Of a stretch of DNA of 64,000 bases, positions 56,843 to 64,000 are shown piece after piece. Source of the DNA: Candidatus Taenariivivens baikalensis. Its GTDB lineage: Bacteria; Omnitrophota; Omnitrophia; Omnitrophales; Aquincolibacteriaceae. The notes under the pieces are model-generated. The model had not been told where the DNA came from, did no database searches, and saw only the letters and a program-made list of their open reading frames with translations. Each line of letters opens with the position of its first letter. Position 1 is the first letter of the stretch. A program made the translations under genes and the position numbers. The stretch spans positions 64,063-128,062 of the forward strand of contig SICL01000002.1 of the NCBI GenBank assembly GCA_009691445.1, written 5' to 3'.

Positions 56843-59088
56843 TATTTCATCCTCGCTGGAATCACGGCTTCATAAACCGATTTAAACTCACTCACCGACC
56901 CGGAAATACGTTCCCCAATTTGAAGTTTATCGTCCGATGTCACTTTTCCGATTTGATAAATCGGAACTCCGTGCTGCTGAGCACGTTTTATGACCGACTC
57001 TTTATCCGAAGGCCGGACCGAAATAATCACGCGCGACTGGGTTTCTCCAAAATAAAGCGCATCTTCCCGAAGAATTTCTTTGGCATTTTTACGTACGGTC
57101 AGTTCCAAATGATCCACCACAGCTCCTAGCGATTTCCAGAAACCAAAACAGGATTCGGCAAGCGCCACCCCAAGCCCTCCTTCAGAAAGATCGTGACAAG
57201 ACACCAGCTCTTTTTCACGGGCGGCTTCCAGCACAAATTCCTGAAGTGAGATCTCTACTTCAAGATCGAGACGCGGGGGCAGACCTTTTTGAAGACCGTG
57301 CTCAATCATCAAATAGTAAGTTCCGCCAATTTCATTCTGGGTGTCTCCGACAAGAAAAATAAGATCGCCTTCATTTTGAAAATGCGAGGGCACACGTTTA
57401 TCAATATCCTCAAGCAATCCCACCATTCCAATGGTCGGAGTGGGAAAAATAGCACCCGAGGGATTCTGATTATAGAGGCTTACATTCCCGCCTGTGACGG
57501 GAGTCTTGAGCGCCTTGCAGGCTTCGGTAATCCCATTTGCTGATTGACGGATTTGCCAAAAAATTTCGGGATTCATTGGATTTCCAAAATTAAGATTATC
57601 CGTCACGGCAAGCGGAACCGCTCCGGTACAAACGACATTACGAGCGGCCTCAGCCACCGCAATTTTCCCACCTTCAAACGGATCCAAATAACAGTAGAGT
57701 GAATTGCAATCGGTCGTCACCGCGATTCCTTTTTTTGTGCCTTTGATCCGTACAAGTCCAGCATCATGGCCTGGATAAAAAACCGTGTCGGTGCGGACCA
57801 TATGATCATACTGCTCCCAAACCCATCTCTTGGAAGCGATTGTCGGATGACTCAGCAGTTTCTTTAATACCGCCTTAAAATCAGAAGGCTCTTTGACTTT
57901 AGAAAGATCCAGCTTCTGTGCTTCTTCCAAATAGATGGGCCGTTTTTCTTCGCGGATATAAATCGGGCCTTCATCCACAAGTGATTTTGCCGGAAGATCC
58001 GCCACAAGCTCACCGTGATCATAAACCTTCATCCGGTCTCCAGATTTCACTTCACCGATTTGAACCGCATGCAAATCCCATTTCTTGAAAATATCTTCCA
58101 CGATTTTTTCTTTGCCTTTTTTGACAATAATAAGCATGCGCTCCTGGGATTCAGAGAGCATGGTTTCATAAGGCGTCATTCCCTCTTCACGTCGCGGAAC
58201 GCGGGCAATATCAATTTCAATTCCCATCGAAGCGCGCGCCGCGGTTTCGGAGGTCGCGCAAGTAAGCCCGGCCGCTCCCATATCCTGCATCCCGACAATC
58301 GCATCCGTCTCGGGAAGTTCAAGACAGGCTTCCATTAATAGCTTTTCCATAAAAGGATCCCCGACCTGCACTGCGGGACGGTCTTCCTTGCTTTTTTCCG
58401 TGAGATCGCGCGAGGCAAATGCCGCGCCGCCAAGCCCATCACGTCCGGTGGTGGCTCCGACATAATAAACGGGATTCCCTTCTCCCGTAGCTTTGCCCTT
58501 CACAATTTTTCCTGCAGGCATAATCCCAAGCGCCATCACATTCACCAGCGGATTACCTTCATAACATTCATGAAAATAGATTTCTCCGCCAACCGTGGGG
58601 ATTCCCATACAATTTCCGTAATGAGAAATGCCGCTCACCACTCCTTTGAGGAGATGCTTCGTGACATTGGATTCCAGTTTGCCAAAGCGAAGTGAGTTCA
58701 GAAGAAGGACGGGACGCGCGCCCATCGTAAAAATATCGCGGAGAATCCCGCCGACTCCGGTGGCCGCTCCCTGAAAAGGTTCAATCGCGGAAGGATGATT
58801 GTGACTTTCAATTTTAAAACAGATCGCAAGCCCGTCGCCGATATCCACGATGCCTGCATTTTCTTCTCCCGCTTTGACTAAAAGCCGCGGACCGGAAGTG
58901 GGAAAAGTTTTAAGCACAGGCTTTGTGTTCTTATAAGAACAATGCTCGCTCCACATCACGCTGTACATCCCAAGCTCAGTGATATTGGGCTCGCGGCTGA
59001 GAGTTTTCACGATACGGTCGTATTCATCCGGCGTGATACCGTGCGCTTTGATAATTTCAGGAGTTATTTTTTTTTCGTCAGTCATCAT
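56842..59088 (-). CDS. purL: FGAM synthase subunit PurL (small type)
   Basis: [33 protein letters not shown]. Confidence 0.97.
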   Translation of the reverse strand: MMTDEKKITPEIIKAHGITPDEYDRIVKTLSREPNITELGMYSVMWSEHCSYKNTKPVLKTFPTSGPRLLVKAGEENAGIVDIGDGLAICFKIESHNHPSAIEPFQGAATGVGGILRDIFTMGARPVLLLNSLRFGKLESNVTKHLLKGVVSGISHYGNCMGIPTVGGEIYFHECYEGNPLVNVMALGIMPAGKIVKGKATGEGNPVYYVGATTGRDGLGGAAFASRDLTEKSKEDRPAVQVGDPFMEKLLMEACLELPETDAIVGMQDMGAAGLTCATSETAARASMGIEIDIARVPRREEGMTPYETMLSESQERMLIIVKKGKEKIVEDIFKKWDLHAVQIGEVKSGDRMKVYDHGELVADLPAKSLVDEGPIYIREEKRPIYLEEAQKLDLSKVKEPSDFKAVLKKLLSHPTIASKRWVWEQYDHMVRTDTVFYPGHDAGLVRIKGTKKGIAVTTDCNSLYCYLDPFEGGKIAVAEAARNVVCTGAVPLAVTDNLNFGNPMNPEIFWQIRQSANGITEACKALKTPVTGGNVSLYNQNPSGAIFPTPTIGMVGLLEDIDKRVPSHFQNEGDLIFLVGDTQNEIGGTYYLMIEHGLQKGLPPRLDLEVEISLQEFVLEAAREKELVSCHDLSEGGLGVALAESCFGFWKSLGAVVDHLELTVRKNAKEILREDALYFGETQSRVIISVRPSDKESVIKRAQQHGVPIYQIGKVTSDDKLQIGERISGSVSEFKSVYEAVIPARMK

Positions 59089-59095
59089 ATTATTA

Positions 59096-59148
59096 GCGGT
59101 AAGGGATAAACGGTAAGGGATAAGTAAAAACTTACCCCTTACTACTTA
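59096..59148. repeat. Inverted 7-mer arrays between purQ and purL
   Basis: ggtaagggataaacggtaagggataag ... cttaccccttactactta. Confidence 0.7.
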
Positions 59149-59838
59149 CGACTTAACGCTCACCAAAAGGCTTTCCCAGATTTGTTTTCCGTCACTGCCG
59201 CCAAGCACCTGCTCGCTCGAACGCTCCGGATGCGGCATCATGCCAAGCACATTACGTTTTTGATTTAAAATTCCCGCGATATCATCCCGCGAACCGTTGG
59301 GATTAAACTCTTCCCCAGTTTTTCCGGCTTCTGAACTGTAGCGGAAAACAATCTGGTTTTGATCCTGAAGCCCTTTGAGAGTCGCATCATCGCAAGTGTA
59401 ATTCCCTTCGCCATGCGCGATCGGGATCAGAATCGTTTGTCCTTTTTTGAACTTATTCGTGAAGGGATTATTCGTATCATCCGTACGCAACCAGACATGC
59501 TTGCAGATAAAGGAAAGTGTTTTGTTGCGCAGCATCGCGCCCGGAAGAAGACCCGCTTCAAGAAGAATCTGAAAACCGTTGCAGATCCCGATGAGAAGCC
59601 GCCCCTGATCTGCGTGATCCTTAACTGCTTTCATCACCGGAGAAAATCGCGCAATGGCACCGGTCCGCAGATAATCTCCGTAACTAAAACCTCCGGGAAG
59701 AATCACAAGATCGCACTTTGGAAGACTTGCCTCTTTATGCCAGACATACTGAACATCCGCTTTCATCACGTCTTTCATGACGTTAAAGCAGTCGCTGTCG
59801 CAATTCGATCCGGGAAAAACCACCACCGTAGCTTTCAT
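59146..59838 (-). CDS. purQ: FGAM synthase glutaminase subunit
   Basis: [31 protein letters not shown]. Confidence 0.97.
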   Translation of the reverse strand: MKATVVVFPGSNCDSDCFNVMKDVMKADVQYVWHKEASLPKCDLVILPGGFSYGDYLRTGAIARFSPVMKAVKDHADQGRLLIGICNGFQILLEAGLLPGAMLRNKTLSFICKHVWLRTDDTNNPFTNKFKKGQTILIPIAHGEGNYTCDDATLKGLQDQNQIVFRYSSEAGKTGEEFNPNGSRDDIAGILNQKRNVLGMMPHPERSSEQVLGGSDGKQIWESLLVSVKS

Positions 59839-60086
59839 CGAGCTTCTTTGAGATCGTAGGTGTATTCCTCAATCACGGGATTGATGAGGAGCTGATCGCA
59901 CATGGCTTTGATGCGGTCTTCGGCTGATTTATGATCTTTGGCGTCAATCGCGACTTCGAAATATTTTCCCACGCGGACTTTCTTCGCGTCTTTAAATCCC
60001 AAGGATTCCAGGGCGTGAAGAACAGTCTGGCCTTGAGGATCAAGGACGGATTTTTTAAGAGTGACATTAACGACTGCGTTGTACAT
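59835..60086 (-). CDS. purS: FGAM synthase subunit PurS
   Basis: [22 protein letters not shown]. Confidence 0.95.
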   Translation of the reverse strand: MYNAVVNVTLKKSVLDPQGQTVLHALESLGFKDAKKVRVGKYFEVAIDAKDHKSAEDRIKAMCDQLLINPVIEEYTYDLKEAR

Positions 60087-60100
60087 TGCTACCTCGGTTG

Positions 60101-60171
60101 AAAGTAAGCAGTCGGCAGAAGGCAGTATGCCGCAAAAAAGGGCCAACTGCTTTCTGCTTACTGCCTACTGT
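60101..60171. repeat. Inverted 7-mer arrays between purC and purS
   Basis: gtaagcagtcggcagaaggcagt ... actgctttctgcttactgcctactg. Confidence 0.7.
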
Positions 60172-60176
60172 AATCA

Positions 60177-61085
60177 TTATCCAATTACTTTTCCCACCAG
60201 CCGTTCATACGCTTCACAGTATGCCCGGCTTGTTTGATCAACGATATGCTGCGGAAGCTCGGGAGCCGGAGGCTGTTTGTTCCAGTCAAGACCCGATAAA
60301 TAATTACGGACAATCTGTTTATCAAAACTTGGCTGATCGTGACCGGTTTCATATTTGTCTTTCGGCCAGAAGCGGGAGCTGTCGGGCGACATAATTTCAT
60401 CGATCAAGATAATTTCGCCGTTCATAACTCCAAATTCAAACTTCGTATCCGCAATCAAAATCCCCTTAGCTTCGGCATAATCTGCACCGGTCTGGTAGAT
60501 CTTGATGGAAAGTTCTTCCAGTTTTTGAGCGGCATCTTTTCCGATCATTTTCGCAGCCTGTTCGCGGCTAATATTTTCATCGTGACCAACCTCAGCCTTG
60601 GTGGACGGCGTAAAAATCGGTTTAACAAGTTTTTCGCACTGCTTGAGATTAGCCGGAAGCACATGACCGCAAATCGCTCCGGTCTTTTGATAATCCTTCC
60701 AACCCGAGCCCGTCACGTAACCACGCACAATACATTCCACAGGAAACGGTTTTGCTTTTTTGACCAGCATGGTCCTGCCTTCAAGCATGGCTCCGTATTT
60801 TTGAAGCACCTCACTGGAAAGATCCATTTGACGGATATCCGTGCTAATCAAATGGTTCGGAACAATTTTTGAAAAAAGTCCGAGCCAGAACACCGAAATC
60901 TGAGTCAGCACTTTCCCTTTGTTCGGAATCGGATTGGGCATCACCACATCAAAGGCACTCAGGCGATCGGTCGTGACAATAAGAAGCTTGTCCTCACCCA
61001 TCTGATAAATATCACGAACTTTGCCGCGCGCAACAAAAGGAAGTGGGAGTTCGGTTTTAAGCACAGTGTCAGCAGCGTTCAACAT
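60177..61085 (-). CDS. purC: SAICAR synthase
   Basis: GKVRDIY, DRLSAFD, ECIVRGY, TPSTK, DTKFEFG, PDSSRFW. Confidence 0.97.
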   Translation of the reverse strand: MLNAADTVLKTELPLPFVARGKVRDIYQMGEDKLLIVTTDRLSAFDVVMPNPIPNKGKVLTQISVFWLGLFSKIVPNHLISTDIRQMDLSSEVLQKYGAMLEGRTMLVKKAKPFPVECIVRGYVTGSGWKDYQKTGAICGHVLPANLKQCEKLVKPIFTPSTKAEVGHDENISREQAAKMIGKDAAQKLEELSIKIYQTGADYAEAKGILIADTKFEFGVMNGEIILIDEIMSPDSSRFWPKDKYETGHDQPSFDKQIVRNYLSGLDWNKQPPAPELPQHIVDQTSRAYCEAYERLVGKVIG

Positions 61086-62400
61086 GTTTCTCCTTCACTT
61101 TTTTCTTTTCCATTCCTGCGCGTTTGAAAATCTTATCCACGTTCTTGGTGTGATACTTGTAGTCAAACACTTGTTTTACTTCAGAAACAGAAAGATACTT
61201 TAAAATATCTTTGTCGCTTAGAACTACATCGATCAGTTGTTTCTTTTCATCCCAGACTTTCTTTGCTGCATTTTGAACCATCTTGTAGGCGTCTTCACGC
61301 GTCAATCCCTTTTTCACAAGTTCAAGGAGCAAGCCTTGAGAAAAAACAATTCCGCCGCTGATTTCAAGATTGCGGAGCATATTCTCTTTATTGATCAGAA
61401 GATTGCTGATCACGCACTGCATGTTCTTGATCATATAATGAAGCAGGATCGTGCTGTCCGGAAAAATGACCCTTTCCACGGAAGAGTGCGTAATATCCCG
61501 TTCATGCCAAAGGGCTTGATTTTCCATGGCTGCCATCGCGTTACCCCGGAGAATACGGGCTAAGCCGGCAATTCGTTCACAGGTGATCGGATTCCGCTTA
61601 TGTGGCATCGCCGAAGAACCTTTCTGGCCTTCTCCGAAATACTCTTGAACTTCGAGCGTCTCCGTTTTCTGGAGCCCGCGAATTTCTGTGGCAAGTTTTT
61701 CTAGAGATCCACCAATGATCGCCAGAGTCGTCAAGTATTCGGCGTGCCGGTCCCGTTGAAGTATCTGGGTAGAAACCAGAGCGGGTTTAAGCGCAAGTTT
61801 CCTACAAACAAATTCTTCGATCTTGGGATCCACATTGGCAAAGGTTCCCACCGCTCCGGAAATTTTTCCGAATGAAACGGTTTCTGCGGCGTGCTTAAGA
61901 CGATCTAGATTGCGCTGAAATTCTGTAAAAAAAAGCGCCATTTTGAGTCCAAAGGTGATGGGCTCGGCATGAACCCCGTGACTACGCCCGACCATCAGCG
62001 TGTTCTTGTGTTCTAAACCTTTCACACGAAGGATTTCAATGAGAGTTTTGAGTTCCCGGATAAGAATTCCGGAAGCTTCTTTAAGCTGAAGCGCAAGTCC
62101 GGTATCAAGAATATCCGAGGACGTTAAACCGTAGTGAACAAAGCGTCCGACGGGTCCGACATACTCCGCAACATTAGTCAGAAAGGCAATGACATCATGC
62201 TGGACAATTTTTTCGATTTCATTGATACGATCAACATTAAAGGAAGCCTTGGCGCGAACTTTGGAGGGAACATCTTTGGGAATGAGCCCGTACTGAGCCA
62301 TGCCTTCCAGCGCAGCGAGCTCTACTTCAAGCCATTTCTGGAACTTATTTTCTTCGGTCCAGACCTTCGCCATTTCCGGTAATGTGTATCGCGAAATCAT
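61069..62400 (-). CDS. purB: Adenylosuccinate lyase
   Basis: [27 protein letters not shown]. Confidence 0.97.
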   Translation of the reverse strand: MISRYTLPEMAKVWTEENKFQKWLEVELAALEGMAQYGLIPKDVPSKVRAKASFNVDRINEIEKIVQHDVIAFLTNVAEYVGPVGRFVHYGLTSSDILDTGLALQLKEASGILIRELKTLIEILRVKGLEHKNTLMVGRSHGVHAEPITFGLKMALFFTEFQRNLDRLKHAAETVSFGKISGAVGTFANVDPKIEEFVCRKLALKPALVSTQILQRDRHAEYLTTLAIIGGSLEKLATEIRGLQKTETLEVQEYFGEGQKGSSAMPHKRNPITCERIAGLARILRGNAMAAMENQALWHERDITHSSVERVIFPDSTILLHYMIKNMQCVISNLLINKENMLRNLEISGGIVFSQGLLLELVKKGLTREDAYKMVQNAAKKVWDEKKQLIDVVLSDKDILKYLSVSEVKQVFDYKYHTKNVDKIFKRAGMEKKKVKEKHVERC

Positions 62401-62417
62401 ATGATCAAAACCTCATA

Positions 62418-62489
62418 GTGAAGCGTCATTCGTGAAACGTAAAGCGATCAATTCATTACCGCTTCGCGTATAACTCTTCACGCTTCACG
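62418..62489. repeat. Inverted 7-mer arrays between tRNA-Glu and purB
   Basis: gtgaagcgtcattcgtgaaacgtaaagcg ... cgcttcgcg..cttcacgcttcacg. Confidence 0.7.
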
Positions 62490-62496
62490 GTTACAC

Positions 62497-62571
62497 TAGC
62501 GCTAACGGGATTTAAACCCGTGTTTTTGCCTTGAGAGGGCAACGTCCTAGATCAGGCTAGACGATAGCGCC
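62497..62571 (-). tRNA. tRNA-Glu(CTC) with atypical elbow
   Basis: GGCGCTA..TAGCGCT-A; anticodon arm TTGCC-CTCTCAA-GGCAA; T-loop TTTAAAT. Confidence 0.88.
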
Positions 62572-62665
62572 GCAAACTCGCCGGATTAGCCCAAACTCCT
62601 GCCCTTATTTCTTGATTTTCACATCGAAAGGAAGGGAGGGATTAATGCCGAATAAAGACGGGTTC

Positions 62666-62694
62666 AGTATACTGATCGGGTATTGGGATGTCAA
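62666..62694 (-). promoter_or_regulatory. sigma70-type promoter upstream of tRNA-Glu and pur cluster
   Basis: TTGACA-17 nt-TATACT. Confidence 0.75.
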
Positions 62695-62724
62695 TGAAAG
62701 AGGCGGAGAAAACCATCCTTCCTT

Positions 62725-63123
62725 TTATTCCTGGACCGTGCGCAAATAAGTGACTAAATCAATCAGATCTTGCGGAGAAATTTTATCCTCATAATTCGGC
62801 ATCACCGTTATTTTATCTTTGCCCGGGTTATGAATGGGAGTCAAAATAGCTTTAGAAAGCTCATCCGGAGTACGGTTATGCGTGAAGGAACCGAGAAGCG
62901 GAGCCTGTTTTGAAACTTCCGGGTCGGTTAAATCCGGATCCGCCTGAACCCGGTGGCATTGAATGCATTGAAGCTGGATAAATTTTTCCCGGCCGCGGTC
63001 GGGATCACCTCTGCGGTAAAACACAAGCTCTTCCTGATCGGAAGGCGGCGATTCACCGCCCTTTGAAACAGCCCCAACAATCAATAAAAGAATGGCCGGA
63101 AAAAACAGCCAACGAATCTTCAT
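62725..63123 (-). CDS. Monoheme c-type cytochrome
   Basis: Signal/anchor, G...F....CIQCH, distal MP, DLV.YL. Confidence 0.88.
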   Translation of the reverse strand: MKIRWLFFPAILLLIVGAVSKGGESPPSDQEELVFYRRGDPDRGREKFIQLQCIQCHRVQADPDLTDPEVSKQAPLLGSFTHNRTPDELSKAILTPIHNPGKDKITVMPNYEDKISPQDLIDLVTYLRTVQE

Positions 63124-63142
63124 CGTGGTGCCTCCGGAAAGC

Positions 63143-64000
63143 TTAAAAACCCGCCCTGGACTGAAAATGTTTTATCAAAAAATCAGCGAGGCCCGCATGA
63201 CCATTTTCATTCAAGTGAAAATGGTCAAGCGCATAAAAATTCTCTCCCTGTTTTTCTCGTCTTTCCAGTTCCGGCATAATACCCGAGATAAAATAAAATC
63301 CATTTTGTTCAGCTGCCTGCTTCAGCGTTTGAGCATAAAAAGGCGTTTCATCATTACTAAAAAGATAGACAGGAATATTTCCCACTTCCTTTTTAATTTC
63401 TCGAAAAAGCACCAGGGTCGATTCTTTTCCGCGATCCAGACGCGCCTGAGCAATCGTCGAGTGTCCATAATTTGATTTGATCTGAAGCGAGAGAGTACGT
63501 GTCGCCAGCCAGTAAATAAACCGGGAAGGCGTTGTCATTTTGAGATGGGTAAGCCAAAGTAAGAAATGTTTTTGTTCATAAAATCCAACCTGATTTTTCT
63601 GAATATCCCAGCAAAGAAGTTTCCCCACAGGATTATGGATAAATCCAAGTCCAGCCGGATCCCGACAGTCATTGCTATAAAGATCATTCGCGTTAAATTG
63701 CCACAAAATTAAGTCGGGTTTGATCATAGGGAGGAACCGCTTCAAAGCTAACCTCTCCTGAACCGTATTATAAGCACTCACACCCAAAGCAAAAATCTCC
63801 ACATCAAGTTTCTGCGCCATCAAATGATAGTAGGTTTTGTCATTGGAGACTTCGAGGGCATGCGTATTGGAATCGCCTATCACCAGGATTTTTTTACGCG
63901 GACTTTGAGGATTTCCCCACTGGCGGAAACCGTAAAGACCCGTTTGATAATGCACGGGATATGAAGAGCCGTCGCCATCTTTTTGCGAATAATCAAAGGA
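63143..64000 (-). CDS. SGNH/GDSL hydrolase family protein (5' end beyond window)
   Basis: IGDS, G..AY, ND, D.FHLN..GH; frame stays open to 64000. Confidence 0.85.
   Translation of the reverse strand, partial: SFDYSQKDGDGSSYPVHYQTGLYGFRQWGNPQSPRKKILVIGDSNTHALEVSNDKTYYHLMAQKLDVEIFALGVSAYNTVQERLALKRFLPMIKPDLILWQFNANDLYSNDCRDPAGLGFIHNPVGKLLCWDIQKNQVGFYEQKHFLLWLTHLKMTTPSRFIYWLATRTLSLQIKSNYGHSTIAQARLDRGKESTLVLFREIKKEVGNIPVYLFSNDETPFYAQTLKQAAEQNGFYFISGIMPELERREKQGENFYALDHFHLNENGHAGLADFLIKHFQSRAGF

Overview
Bacterial chromosomal window, almost all on the minus strand. The gene set (LptD, rpoN, stand-alone SWIB protein, TsaC-phosphatase fusion) suggests a diderm PVC-type organism, possibly Omnitrophota; this is inference only. 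Layout: (1) 1-19.3 kb surface-glycan cluster with GT-C/YfhO membrane proteins, four GT2 enzymes, a SAM methyltransferase, a B12 radical SAM enzyme, gmd, uxs, an epimerase, a UDP-HexNAc dehydrogenase, rfbDBA and ugd. (2) 19.4-28.2 kb lptD, two GGDEF proteins, an orphan MalK, accD, rpoN and tRNA-Thr. (3) 28.2-40.5 kb variable region with a NUDIX gene, a DUF62 pseudogene, Fur plus two unknown paralogous secreted proteins, a degenerate Fic, gene fragments, tRNA-Asp/Val/Pro and a group II intron RT relic. (4) 40.5-64 kb housekeeping: mreBCD-mrdA-rodA, aroA, nrdR, glyA, rpiB, tsaC fusion, pur genes and tRNA-Glu. The most unusual signal is a nested, three-tier set of small palindromic elements: inverted 7-mer arrays, GTCAT..ATGAC REP/RPE-like palindromes, and 30-42 bp double-hairpin mini-inserts. 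They sit in tRNA-loop relics, inside each other, and in-frame in protein termini. No mobilising enzyme is encoded in the window.
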